Of a stretch of DNA of 50,470 bases, positions 19,921 through 27,961 are shown in pieces. The translations under genes were made by a program, and so were the position numbers. Positions within the stretch are counted from its first letter, which is position 1. Each line of letters starts with the position of its first letter. Origin of the DNA: a virus (lineage: Duplodnaviria; Caudoviricetes); IMG/VR virus record IMGVR_UViG_3300025083_000060, positions 1-50,470 of that record, one strand, 5' to 3'. The notes under the pieces are model-generated. The model saw only the letters and a program-made list of their open reading frames with translations, was not told the DNA's origin and searched no databases.

Positions 19921-20588
19921 TAGTCATTCTCCCTTAATGATTCCCATGACACAGGAAATAATTTTACCATTACACGATCAATCTCCCATGCTACCTCTGC
20001 TGTCTCTGCTTGTGTGTCAGGCGCACAGCGAAGCTTACACATGTCAGCAAAGGCATCCAAGCTACCTGACCAGTACCACTCAGTCATCATGCTCTGTGGT
20101 AGTACCATACGTGCTTGCTCTGGACATACACCCTTCTCAAGCAACTCTTTGTAGTCGTGTAGACAAACTTTGTGACAACTCTCAAGTAATAGATCCATAT
20201 CCTCATCATACCACTCGCCAGTACTGCCTTGCTTCTTATCCTCGCTACGTCCACGCCAAGACTTAGGCACATAAAACTCAGGCTCACTATCCACATACCT
20301 ACGGCTAATCTCATTCCACCGTAGGAACTTATGCTTGACTAGCTGTCTAGCTACAAAGACTGGTGCCTTGATGTGGAAGCTGGCAAAGCAATGCCCAAAT
20401 GGGCTGATGTGCTTGTGATTGGCTAGGTATTGTATAAGCTTCTTATCCCTAACTTTCATGTGTTGCTTGAAGCTGTAAGCATCTGACTCTTCATAGTCCC
20501 ACTCACTCTCCTTGCCAAAGCTTACTCGTGCAGCATTGACTACAGTCAAGTCGCTACCCATGCTACCTTTATATGTTACTTCAATCAT
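19920..20588 (-). CDS. thyX: flavin-dependent thymidylate synthase
   Basis: VVNAARVSF, HISPFGH, VARQLVKH, NEISRRY, EQARMVLP, AQAET-type motifs. Confidence 0.93.
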   Translation of the reverse strand: MIEVTYKGSMGSDLTVVNAARVSFGKESEWDYEESDAYSFKQHMKVRDKKLIQYLANHKHISPFGHCFASFHIKAPVFVARQLVKHKFLRWNEISRRYVDSEPEFYVPKSWRGRSEDKKQGSTGEWYDEDMDLLLESCHKVCLHDYKELLEKGVCPEQARMVLPQSMMTEWYWSGSLDAFADMCKLRCAPDTQAETAEVAWEIDRVMVKLFPVSWESLREND

Positions 20589-20718
20589 TATCTTTACCTT
20601 TATGTTTTTCTTTTCTTTTAGTTACAGGTTTTTTCTTATCAGGTATAACCTGTTGTTTATACTTAGGCTGTCTTACATCCTTAGCCATAGGATTTTGTTT
20701 ATTATTAAACTTTATCAT
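20581..20718 (-). CDS. small basic protein, ArfA-like, 45 aa (not in ORF track)
   Basis: MIKFNNKQNPMAKDVRQPKYKQQVIPDKKKPVTKRKEKHKGKDND; ATGA overlap with primase stop. Confidence 0.7.
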   Translation of the reverse strand: MIKFNNKQNPMAKDVRQPKYKQQVIPDKKKPVTKRKEKHKGKDND

Positions 20719-21503
20719 AATAACATTTCCCTTAACCGCTTTACATCGGATTGTAATCTGTATTTGATGTCATCGTCAAGTCTAAAAGCTTGTGTTCGTA
20801 TGCCTGTCCATGCCTCTACCTCTCTCCTATACTGAAGTGTCTTGGTCATGGCATCAGGGTCTAACGCTATGATAACATTAGAAAATTCTCCTATGTGTTC
20901 CATGTGTTCATGCCCTAGTGACGTACCCATAATAGCCAAGCCTGTGACTTGGGGTAGAAGCTTAGCAACTGTGATAGCACTTATAACATCCTCGACTATA
21001 ACTGCTGTACCGTTTGGTTTACCTACTATCCTTTTGTATACACTAGCCTTTCCGGTATATCTGTACCACTTTGGTATAGCATTGTGCAATGCTCTGCCTA
21101 CCGCATCAATGATAGAACCTTTGTGTTTAATAGGAAACACAGCACGTTTCTCACTTACATCATATAAGACACGCTCGCCTTGTAGATCCCACTTATCTAG
21201 GAATGAATCAAGTAACGTGTATTCCCGGCCAACAGGTTCAACCACATACTCAGGTATTACCATACACTCAGGCTCAGGCTTAACGTATGCCTCTGCAGTA
21301 AGCTTAGCTTGTATCTCTGCTGCTGTCAGGTTGACATGCACTGCACCTCTAGATCTACAGCCTAGCTTGTAGCAGTTGTATATCATGGAGCCAGATCTAT
21401 TTACTACAGTAAATGTATTGGAGCCACGGCATGACGGACAGTCAGATCTGTGTGTCTCACCATCACCCAAACTTAATGACTTAACGTAATCACTTATCGT
21501 CAT
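20715..21503 (-). CDS. DNA primase (Zn finger + TOPRIM)
   Basis: CPSC...CYKLGC zinc-binding domain; IVEDVISA, ALDPDA TOPRIM motifs. Confidence 0.9.
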   Translation of the reverse strand: MTISDYVKSLSLGDGETHRSDCPSCRGSNTFTVVNRSGSMIYNCYKLGCRSRGAVHVNLTAAEIQAKLTAEAYVKPEPECMVIPEYVVEPVGREYTLLDSFLDKWDLQGERVLYDVSEKRAVFPIKHKGSIIDAVGRALHNAIPKWYRYTGKASVYKRIVGKPNGTAVIVEDVISAITVAKLLPQVTGLAIMGTSLGHEHMEHIGEFSNVIIALDPDAMTKTLQYRREVEAWTGIRTQAFRLDDDIKYRLQSDVKRLREMLL

Positions 21504-22425
21504 TGGATCTCCTTTGCGCTAATGCAGCAGACGCACCACTGAATGTGTTTACCAAGTAAGGCTTAACACTTTGGGGGTTGGTGTGTCCACTGACTTGCAT
21601 AATACCTGCCATGTCTACGCCTGACTCTACCATCTCTGTAATGCCAGTACGCCGTAAGTCTCGTGCTTGTAGCACAAAAGGTAATCCTGCAGCTTCCTTA
21701 ACTTGATTGACTAGCACATGTATCTCTTGATCGTCGTAAGGTGTGTGTGCCCCTGCTCTGGGGAGTACACGAGGCGCTACGTAGTCTTGGAAGTCAAAGT
21801 CTTCCTTCTGCTCTCGGAGCATCTGACACAAGCTTTCATCTGTAATAGGTAAGTGTACATCGGCCCTACGTTTACTCTGCTCTAAGTCTAGGCGCTTGGC
21901 ATCTAAGTCTAGGTTGTCCCACCTGAGGAGACGCATGTCACCTACACGCTGTGCCCACTCGTATGCCATGTGAACGATCAGGCCAACGCTACGCCACTTC
22001 CACTCAGAGTATGCGGTATCTAAGAAGAGACGCACCTGATCCTTAGTCCATTTAATTTTACGAGGCTTATCCGTTGTACGTTGTAACAATGTCACAGGGT
22101 TAGAGAGTATAGCCTCATGTCGTATGGATGTATTGAATACAATACTGAGACACGTAGCCATATAGTTAGAGCTACGTACCCCATGCACGAGAAGCCACCT
22201 GTCATATGCGGTAGTCACATGTTTGAAACGTACATCCATAAGCTTGATGTTACCTAACTGCTTACCCTTTTGCACAGGGGTATCGCATACCTTAGATAGG
22301 TACATCATGTAATCTTTCTGAGTACGAGGACGCAATGCAGCAAACTTAGGTGTGTGCATATAGAAGTCACATGCTTGCTTTATTGTGTGCTTACCTTTTA
22401 GTTCTACTACATTGCGTTTCGCCAT
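21490..22425 (-). CDS. int: tyrosine recombinase / integrase
   Basis: QRVGD (R), QSKR (K), RDLRRT, SGH, PYL (Y) catalytic pattern. Confidence 0.9.
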   Translation of the reverse strand: MAKRNVVELKGKHTIKQACDFYMHTPKFAALRPRTQKDYMMYLSKVCDTPVQKGKQLGNIKLMDVRFKHVTTAYDRWLLVHGVRSSNYMATCLSIVFNTSIRHEAILSNPVTLLQRTTDKPRKIKWTKDQVRLFLDTAYSEWKWRSVGLIVHMAYEWAQRVGDMRLLRWDNLDLDAKRLDLEQSKRRADVHLPITDESLCQMLREQKEDFDFQDYVAPRVLPRAGAHTPYDDQEIHVLVNQVKEAAGLPFVLQARDLRRTGITEMVESGVDMAGIMQVSGHTNPQSVKPYLVNTFSGASAALAQRRSNDDK

Positions 22426-22437
22426 TGCGGTTCCTTT

Positions 22438-22527
22438 CTATAACAGTCCTGTGCCTAGCCCAAAGAATATGATAGCCATGATAAACATGAAGATGTAGTT
22501 CAATAGCTTATCAAAAAAGCGGCTCAT
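22438..22527 (-). CDS. 29-aa membrane peptide (not in ORF track)
   Basis: MSRFFDKLLNYIFMFIMAIIFFGLGTGLL; GGAG RBS. Confidence 0.55.
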   Translation of the reverse strand: MSRFFDKLLNYIFMFIMAIIFFGLGTGLL

Positions 22528-22684
22528 ACATATCTCCCTGTGCTATACGTCCTTTGATATACTCAAGCTCACGTTCCATGTTCTCTACGTCCTCGTCGAT
22601 CCACAATAGATCGTCAATGCTGCGAGCAAGATCATCGTGATATCGCTGTAAAGGTACAACATATTTATTACCTACACTTTCCAT
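22511..22684 (-). CDS. hypothetical protein, 57 aa (not in ORF track)
   Basis: MESVGNKYVVPLQRYHDDLARSIDDLLW...YEPLF; AAGGGA RBS. Confidence 0.7.
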   Translation of the reverse strand: MESVGNKYVVPLQRYHDDLARSIDDLLWIDEDVENMERELEYIKGRIAQGDMYEPLF

Positions 22685-22696
22685 TATCTATTCCCT

Positions 22697-23020
22697 TTAT
22701 CCGTTTACACAGTGGTCGTGGTTGATGTAGTAGGACACGCCAATCTCGTAGCTGTCATGATCGTACTGATACAGTGCAACCAAAGAGTCACATACATTCT
22801 TGACTAGCTTGTACTTATCTTCGTCATCTAGCTCATGGCTGTACCCAAAGTCTACAGGGATAGCTGTCAGTACATCTTTCCAGTGACTGTATATATCAGT
22901 ACCTGATTCAGTCTTCTCACCTGTCTTTTCGTAGCGCTGTTGAGTTACAAACACTACTGCATCGTGGTGATCCCATACTTTTACTTCTAAAGTTTGTGTC
23001 TCAATCTTCATATCTATCAA
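22697..23020 (-). CDS. hypothetical protein
   Basis: 107-aa ORF in early operon. Confidence 0.7.
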   Translation of the reverse strand: MIDMKIETQTLEVKVWDHHDAVVFVTQQRYEKTGEKTESGTDIYSHWKDVLTAIPVDFGYSHELDDEDKYKLVKNVCDSLVALYQYDHDSYEIGVSYYINHDHCVNG

Positions 23021-23358
23021 TCCATTCTTGTTACATAGTGTCCATTGTCTGTAGGTAATGCTACCATACCATAGGGGTAAAAGTAAACATCACCCTTCTT
23101 GAGTTTGACCTTAGCAATAGGATTAAGGTCATCATCTTCTGGATAGGTGTATGTACCATTAGGTAATACCTTACCCTTGAACTGGTACAGCTTACCGAAT
23201 CCATACGCTTCTGTCATGTGGTCTACAAGATCAAGACCTTCTTCGTCACCGCCATCTTCTACATAGTCGGCAACCCAATGCGGTAATAAACCCAACCACT
23301 CTACGAGTTGATCTTGTGTGTAGTCAGGGTAAGCTTCTGTGTTAAGTAGTAGTCTCAT
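23017..23358 (-). CDS. hypothetical protein
   Basis: 113 aa; coupled to neighbours; YTYPEDDDLNP...YFYPYG...VTRMD. Confidence 0.75.
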   Translation of the reverse strand: MRLLLNTEAYPDYTQDQLVEWLGLLPHWVADYVEDGGDEEGLDLVDHMTEAYGFGKLYQFKGKVLPNGTYTYPEDDDLNPIAKVKLKKGDVYFYPYGMVALPTDNGHYVTRMD

Positions 23359-24128
23359 AGTACATTCTCCATTGTTAATTCTTTACTGTCGGACGGTCCG
23401 TCACCAGAGTTGAACTCATAAACTGCACGAGCAAAGCCACGGGGTGTAGCACTGCGAATGTTCTTAGTCTTAACAGACTTACCACCAAGTTTCAAGTGTT
23501 GTCTGCTGTGCCCTTGCTCTGGCTCTACTGGGTCAGTCCACGGCATAGTGAACCCATTGCCTGTCCAGAGGCATGTCTTCTTAGGGTATGCATCACGAGG
23601 TGCAATGTAGTCAGGCCACAAGGGATGCTCTGCCTCACTGTCAGCGATGTACTTGCCGTACTCATAGGGGTGGAATGAGTAGTTAGGTTTACGCCACAAC
23701 GTAGACAACACACTGACAGGATTCTCTATGAAGTAAGGTACGCCTAGCTCATTGAAGAACTGCGAGCACATCATAGCATAGCTTGCTGCTTTAGTCTGAA
23801 ACTCAGGGTCACGCTTAGCCTTAGCCTTGAAGTGTGGCGCACCTGATACAGCCAAGTCAGTACACACAGGAAACGCCATGCCGAATACAACACTCTCAAA
23901 CTGAAAGTTTACAGCTATCCTGTTGAGAGTGCTTTGATCGTGAAGGTCTGCATGAACATAACGGATCAGACCACCGCCCTCAAAATTATCTATACATATT
24001 TTTTCTGCATCATGCTGTATGTCAAAGGCATAGCAAATATATCCTGCTTCTGCCCACGGCTTGAGTGCCTCACCTGTGTAGTCATATAGGCTTATGACAT
24101 ACTTACCTGCGTTAGGATTCGTCATCAT
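23355..24128 (-). CDS. phage-type DNA cytosine methyltransferase-like protein
   Basis: ISLYDYTG (motif I-like), FPVCTD (catalytic PC-like), IENPV (motif VI), KKTCLW, RSATPRGF; start moved to MMTNP. Confidence 0.75.
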   Translation of the reverse strand: MMTNPNAGKYVISLYDYTGEALKPWAEAGYICYAFDIQHDAEKICIDNFEGGGLIRYVHADLHDQSTLNRIAVNFQFESVVFGMAFPVCTDLAVSGAPHFKAKAKRDPEFQTKAASYAMMCSQFFNELGVPYFIENPVSVLSTLWRKPNYSFHPYEYGKYIADSEAEHPLWPDYIAPRDAYPKKTCLWTGNGFTMPWTDPVEPEQGHSRQHLKLGGKSVKTKNIRSATPRGFARAVYEFNSGDGPSDSKELTMENVL

Positions 24129-24267
24129 CAAAGTTCCCTTCTTCAAATATAACTTTATACCCTGCATCTAATAGTTCATGCGCTCTGTCAAGAGCATTCT
24201 CACGATCAAGAGTCCACATCTTATTATAATAGAAACCATCCTTGCCTATCGTAGCTACGTAGTACAT
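24112..24267 (-). CDS. hypothetical protein, 51 aa (not in ORF track)
   Basis: MYYVATIGKDGFYYNKMWTLDRENAL...DDDES; GAGG RBS. Confidence 0.65.
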   Translation of the reverse strand: MYYVATIGKDGFYYNKMWTLDRENALDRAHELLDAGYKVIFEEGNFDDDES

Positions 24268-24268
24268 C

Positions 24269-24634
24269 TCACGATACCTCTTCAAACATTTCTAAAGCTT
24301 GATTGTGTGTAAGCTTCCACTGCTTGTCACTAGTCAAAGACTTAACTTGCCACGGCATTTTCTTAGCGTTGGTGTTGTACCCTACGAGAGTAACCTTCTG
24401 CCCACCAATCTCAGAGATACGAGTAGTGTCTAACTTGTAGAACTGTGCAAAATGTGTAAGCGCAATCTGCTCTTGTGTATCCGCACCATCAAGCAATACC
24501 TGTACCTTGTATGTAGCTTCACCGCCTGAGTAGGAGCAGTTACCTACCTTGATAGTCACATCGTGTATGCCAGCATTCTCTAATGCTTCCTGCATTGCTT
24601 CACGTATTTGTCTTAGCTTTTGTTTGTCAAACAT
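24269..24634 (-). CDS. hypothetical early protein
   Basis: 121 aa; AAAGGA RBS. Confidence 0.8.
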   Translation of the reverse strand: MFDKQKLRQIREAMQEALENAGIHDVTIKVGNCSYSGGEATYKVQVLLDGADTQEQIALTHFAQFYKLDTTRISEIGGQKVTLVGYNTNAKKMPWQVKSLTSDKQWKLTHNQALEMFEEVS

Positions 24635-24704
24635 AATGTAATCCTTTCAATGAGTTAGTGACGGACGGTCCGACAGTAAAGCCAGACCGCCCTGCTAGGG
24701 AGTG

Positions 24705-24932
24705 CTACCCTGCGAAGTGTTGCAAGCGGCGCTCAGTGTTACGGTTACGCTTGTGCTCAAAGTACACAGTGCGTTTGCCTAAGTGATAGGCAGTCATGCA
24801 ATCGCCTAGCTCACGGCGCAAGCCACGGCTGACCACCTTACGCTTACGTGTCAGGCCCTTGATGCCAGCGAAGTTGAAGCGAAAACCTTTAGTACCATCG
24901 TTAAGTTTTTTGGTTGCGAATAATACGAACAT
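24705..24932 (-). CDS. hypothetical basic early protein
   Basis: 75 aa; AGGAG RBS; R/K-rich. Confidence 0.75.
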   Translation of the reverse strand: MFVLFATKKLNDGTKGFRFNFAGIKGLTRKRKVVSRGLRRELGDCMTAYHLGKRTVYFEHKRNRNTERRLQHFAG

Positions 24933-24933
24933 A

Positions 24934-25071
24934 TCATTTCTCCTGTGTGAGTTCGTTACGGATCTGGGTTAGTAGTTCTTTTAGTTTGGCATCGTTTGCC
25001 ATACGTGTACTTGGCAGTATTTTTTCACACATGTCAAGTACCTTCAAGTTAAGTGCATTAGAAATGCTCAT
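24934..25071 (-). CDS. hypothetical protein, 45 aa (not in ORF track)
   Basis: MSISNALNLKVLDMCEKILP...LTQEK; GGAGG RBS; ATGA overlap. Confidence 0.65.
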   Translation of the reverse strand: MSISNALNLKVLDMCEKILPSTRMANDAKLKELLTQIRNELTQEK

Positions 25072-25349
25072 GCTGTAAGACCTCCGTCAATCACGATAAG
25101 CTTAGGTTTCTTAGCAACAGCGCTGGGCTTTGTCAAGAGGCAGTAGATATCTGCATAGAAAGCAGGGTCGTGATCCTTGAGGTGTAGTGACGGACGGTCC
25201 GACAGTACATCCCACCACAGCATGTCGTATTCTGTAGACAACATGTCGTATATGTTAGATGCATTCTCTTCACTGCGACATGCAGCGACAAGGCAGGTAT
25301 CTGCCTCATCGTAATCCATAACGCATACATAGTGCATGTTTGGTTTCAT
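25068..25349 (-). CDS. hypothetical early protein
   Basis: 93 aa; AAAGGA RBS. Confidence 0.75.
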   Translation of the reverse strand: MKPNMHYVCVMDYDEADTCLVAACRSEENASNIYDMLSTEYDMLWWDVLSDRPSLHLKDHDPAFYADIYCLLTKPSAVAKKPKLIVIDGGLTA

Positions 25350-25369
25350 TAAGTAATATCCTTTCGTTG

Positions 25370-25984
25370 TTATGTCATTACTACAGCATCAACATGATAG
25401 CGTGACACTGCATCACCAGTAGGCAGGGACTTGTTCATACCACCACGATCAGCAACAAAGTTGCACCATGTGTCCCACCAGTATTCGGAACCCTTGCGGC
25501 GGCATAGCTTGACGTACTCACGTATCTTTTTGAGACGTACTTCTTGCGATGCTTTCTTGTTGATACGCAAGGCTGACTCACTCAACCCTAACGCCCTGAC
25601 ATTGTGTCTGTCAAGACATGCTACTTGAAAGCCTAGCATCTGACCAATGAAGCCAGCCTTGACCATACCAATGCTAGGTATACGCATAAACAGATCTACC
25701 ACAGCTTGTGCACCATCAATGGTGTCACATCCAGCAGTCTCACGTATGTTAAGCATGAGTGTGTGCAACTCTACCTTGTGCTCTTGTGCATAGGTAATGC
25801 CTTGAGCCTTAGTACTGCTGACCCACTTGGACATGATGCCATGCAGCTTGATAGACTTGCGTTGCTCTATCACACGAGACAACGGCATGTTGATCGTGCA
25901 TAAGGTGAACTCAATCACGTCATACAATCCATCAGGGGATTGCAATGCGTGTTGTACGATTTCTGTGCAGTCACGTTGGTACAT
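25370..25984 (-). CDS. helix-hairpin-helix DNA glycosylase-like (Ogg-type) protein
   Basis: LFMRIPSIGMVKAGF...VACLDRHNVR resembles HhH plus catalytic Asp of Ogg-type glycosylases. Confidence 0.65.
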   Translation of the reverse strand: MYQRDCTEIVQHALQSPDGLYDVIEFTLCTINMPLSRVIEQRKSIKLHGIMSKWVSSTKAQGITYAQEHKVELHTLMLNIRETAGCDTIDGAQAVVDLFMRIPSIGMVKAGFIGQMLGFQVACLDRHNVRALGLSESALRINKKASQEVRLKKIREYVKLCRRKGSEYWWDTWCNFVADRGGMNKSLPTGDAVSRYHVDAVVMT

Positions 25985-26027
25985 AGGGAAGCACTCCTGT
26001 TGTTATGTCGGATCGTCCGACAGTAAG

Positions 26028-26444
26028 TTAAGTCGTTGATAAGTAACGTATTTTAGGTTTGATGTCTGTATCAACCACCTTAGATAAGCATACCATATCT
26101 GATTTGTCAATAGGTTCCAGAGTTTTGCTATCAACAAAGCTTGTGAATTTGTACGGGTTGTACGTTGCCTTGCCATGTAAGCGCCAAGCTGGACCCATCA
26201 ATGGGTCACTATCATCTCGCTTGCTGTAGCCACTGACCTGTATGAAATCACCAAGCGTACCACGCACAAAGGCATGCACATTTTTCTTGCCCTCACGTAG
26301 TACACGCTTACGTCCAGACTGACGCACCACAAATTGCGCATCATCTATCCACACTTCATCAGCGTGAAAGAGTACACGCCCTGTCTTAGTATTACGGACA
26401 GAGAATGTATGCTTGTGCAGGTTCCAGTAAACTTCAACTCGCAT
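26028..26444 (-). CDS. conserved phage hypothetical protein
   Basis: VYWNLHK...FSV...FVVRQSGRKRVLREGKKNVHAFVRG...YNPYK; a pattern I recognise from phage hypotheticals. Confidence 0.8.
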   Translation of the reverse strand: MRVEVYWNLHKHTFSVRNTKTGRVLFHADEVWIDDAQFVVRQSGRKRVLREGKKNVHAFVRGTLGDFIQVSGYSKRDDSDPLMGPAWRLHGKATYNPYKFTSFVDSKTLEPIDKSDMVCLSKVVDTDIKPKIRYLSTT

Positions 26445-26457
26445 GGTAGTCTCCCAT

Positions 26458-26916
26458 TTATGCAGATTGTTTTAGTGACGGACGGTCCGACACAACACCA
26501 TTACATACTAGGGATGAGCGCCATCCGTTAAGTTTCAATTCTATGTCAAGCTCCTGCCATCCAAAGGACAAAACCACGAAGGCTCTACGTAATTGTAGAC
26601 ACAGCACGATGTCACCCACCGACATACTAGGGGAGGGCCTGATGGTCGTGCGCCTAAGCTTGCCACTGCCGTAGCCATTGCACTCATCAAAGATCCACTC
26701 AAGTACGTCATCCATGTCATGACTAGTCTGCGCTGTCATCACACCCATATGTAAGAAAGATGTCGGCTCATAGAAATCTTTAGCTAAGGCTTTCTGTATT
26801 ACATCCACGCCATTTCCTGCAGGTAAACTACGCAAGGACACATACATATCTATGTCATCCTGCCTAATGATTTCACTCTTGGGTTGATAGACTAAGAACG
26901 ATTGCGATGCGGTCAT
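26458..26916 (-). CDS. hypothetical protein, possible YodL-like domain
   Basis: LEWIFDECN...SMSVGDIV...FVVLSFGW resembles the YodL-type signature. Confidence 0.55.
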   Translation of the reverse strand: MTASQSFLVYQPKSEIIRQDDIDMYVSLRSLPAGNGVDVIQKALAKDFYEPTSFLHMGVMTAQTSHDMDDVLEWIFDECNGYGSGKLRRTTIRPSPSMSVGDIVLCLQLRRAFVVLSFGWQELDIELKLNGWRSSLVCNGVVSDRPSLKQSA

Positions 26917-26920
26917 GGTA

Positions 26921-27100
26921 TTACTCCTCTTGCGGGTTAAAATAGGGCATTGACAAGTTATCCATGAGGATATCTTTCACTTCTCCACCAGTCATGCCAA
27001 GCATTCCAGCATATGTCAAGATAGAAATGTTAGGGTTGAGATCATAGAAGTCACGTATCTCATCATCAGTCCACTCATGTATGTATTTTAGATCAGGCAT
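26921..27100 (-). CDS. hypothetical protein, 59 aa
   Basis: start re-assigned to MPDLKY after AAAAGGAATCATGAC RBS. Confidence 0.75.
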   Translation of the reverse strand: MPDLKYIHEWTDDEIRDFYDLNPNISILTYAGMLGMTGGEVKDILMDNLSMPYFNPQEE

Positions 27101-27373
27101 GTCATGATTCCTTTTCAGTGATTTCATTTTGTTAGGTCCAACGTTGGACTTAAGTTTCAATTGAGCAGGTAAAAATACACTTGGGTTGTAGACTGTCGGC
27201 CTATCTCCACACCATTGATTATGTATAGTGAAAGTTAAATATAACTTCCAAGTGTACTTATATCTGCCTAACAAACAGGCCAGTATTTGCTAAGGCTGCT
27301 GGGCCACGCCATTTTACGAAGGCTTTTGAAGTGTCGGACGGTCCGACAGTAATGCCAAACCGCCCCATGATTG

Positions 27374-27625
27374 TCAATAGATTTCGTCTAGCTCTTCATC
27401 AAAGCCGAACTCTTCGTCCCACTCTTCGGGTGTCATACCTGACATCAAGAACTCACGCTGTTCTGCTGACAGGTCAGGCATAACATTCTGTATTAGATCA
27501 CCTGATGCAAGCCAGTACTCAATCACACCTTGAGTGGTAGGCAAGAGCATGTTGTTTATCTTGCCAGTCATCATAGACTTTTTGTGCACCAAAACTTTAT
27601 TCTCTGCTATATGTTCTATCTGCAT
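27374..27625 (-). CDS. hypothetical protein, 83 aa
   Basis: start re-assigned to MQIEH after the same AAAAGGAATCATGAC RBS; LIQNVMPDLSAEQREFLMSGMTPEEW. Confidence 0.8.
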   Translation of the reverse strand: MQIEHIAENKVLVHKKSMMTGKINNMLLPTTQGVIEYWLASGDLIQNVMPDLSAEQREFLMSGMTPEEWDEEFGFDEELDEIY

Positions 27626-27695
27626 GTCATGATTCCTTTTTACTTGGTTGTTTTGAAGTTGAAGTGTCGGACGATCCGACAGTAGAAGTCCCATA

Positions 27696-27724
27696 ACTGT
27701 CAGCCATCCATGCTAGATTGTCAA
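27696..27724 (-). promoter_or_regulatory. candidate early sigma70 promoter just upstream of a palindrome copy
   Basis: TTGACA-N17-GACAGT on minus strand; palindrome at 27665-27681 immediately downstream. Confidence 0.5.
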
Positions 27725-27832
27725 GGGGTTTGGGATGTTTGCGCTGCTGCATATTACACAGCCACCTGCTACGCCACACCTTATCAGCACGGCGAGCGTA
27801 CCTGTCACGTCTGCTCACACCTAACATGTACG

Positions 27833-27961
27833 TCACCCCCCATGCATGGCATAGAGCATGCCACAAAAGAACATCATACCTGACGTGCTGACGTAGGTAA
27901 GAAAGTAAGCAAAGTTTTGAAGGCGAGTAGGTCTAAGAATGTATTTTGTACGATGGCGCAT
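27833..27961 (-). CDS. small hydrophobic protein, 42 aa (not in ORF track)
   Basis: MRHRTKYILRPTRLQNFAYFLTYVSTSGMMFFCGMLYAMHGG; same ACAAGGAATTGACCC leader as 28037-28276. Confidence 0.6.
   Translation of the reverse strand: MRHRTKYILRPTRLQNFAYFLTYVSTSGMMFFCGMLYAMHGG

Noticed and set aside
19808-21372. Long plus-strand ORFs 19808-20266 and 20842-21372, and other antisense ORFs in the track
   Set aside because: Shadow frames opposite thyX, primase and other well-supported genes
22519-22530. GGCTCATA near the integrase as a tRNA-Met-derived attP core
   Set aside because: Only ~8 nt match, it coincides with a small ORF start codon, and it cannot be distinguished from chance
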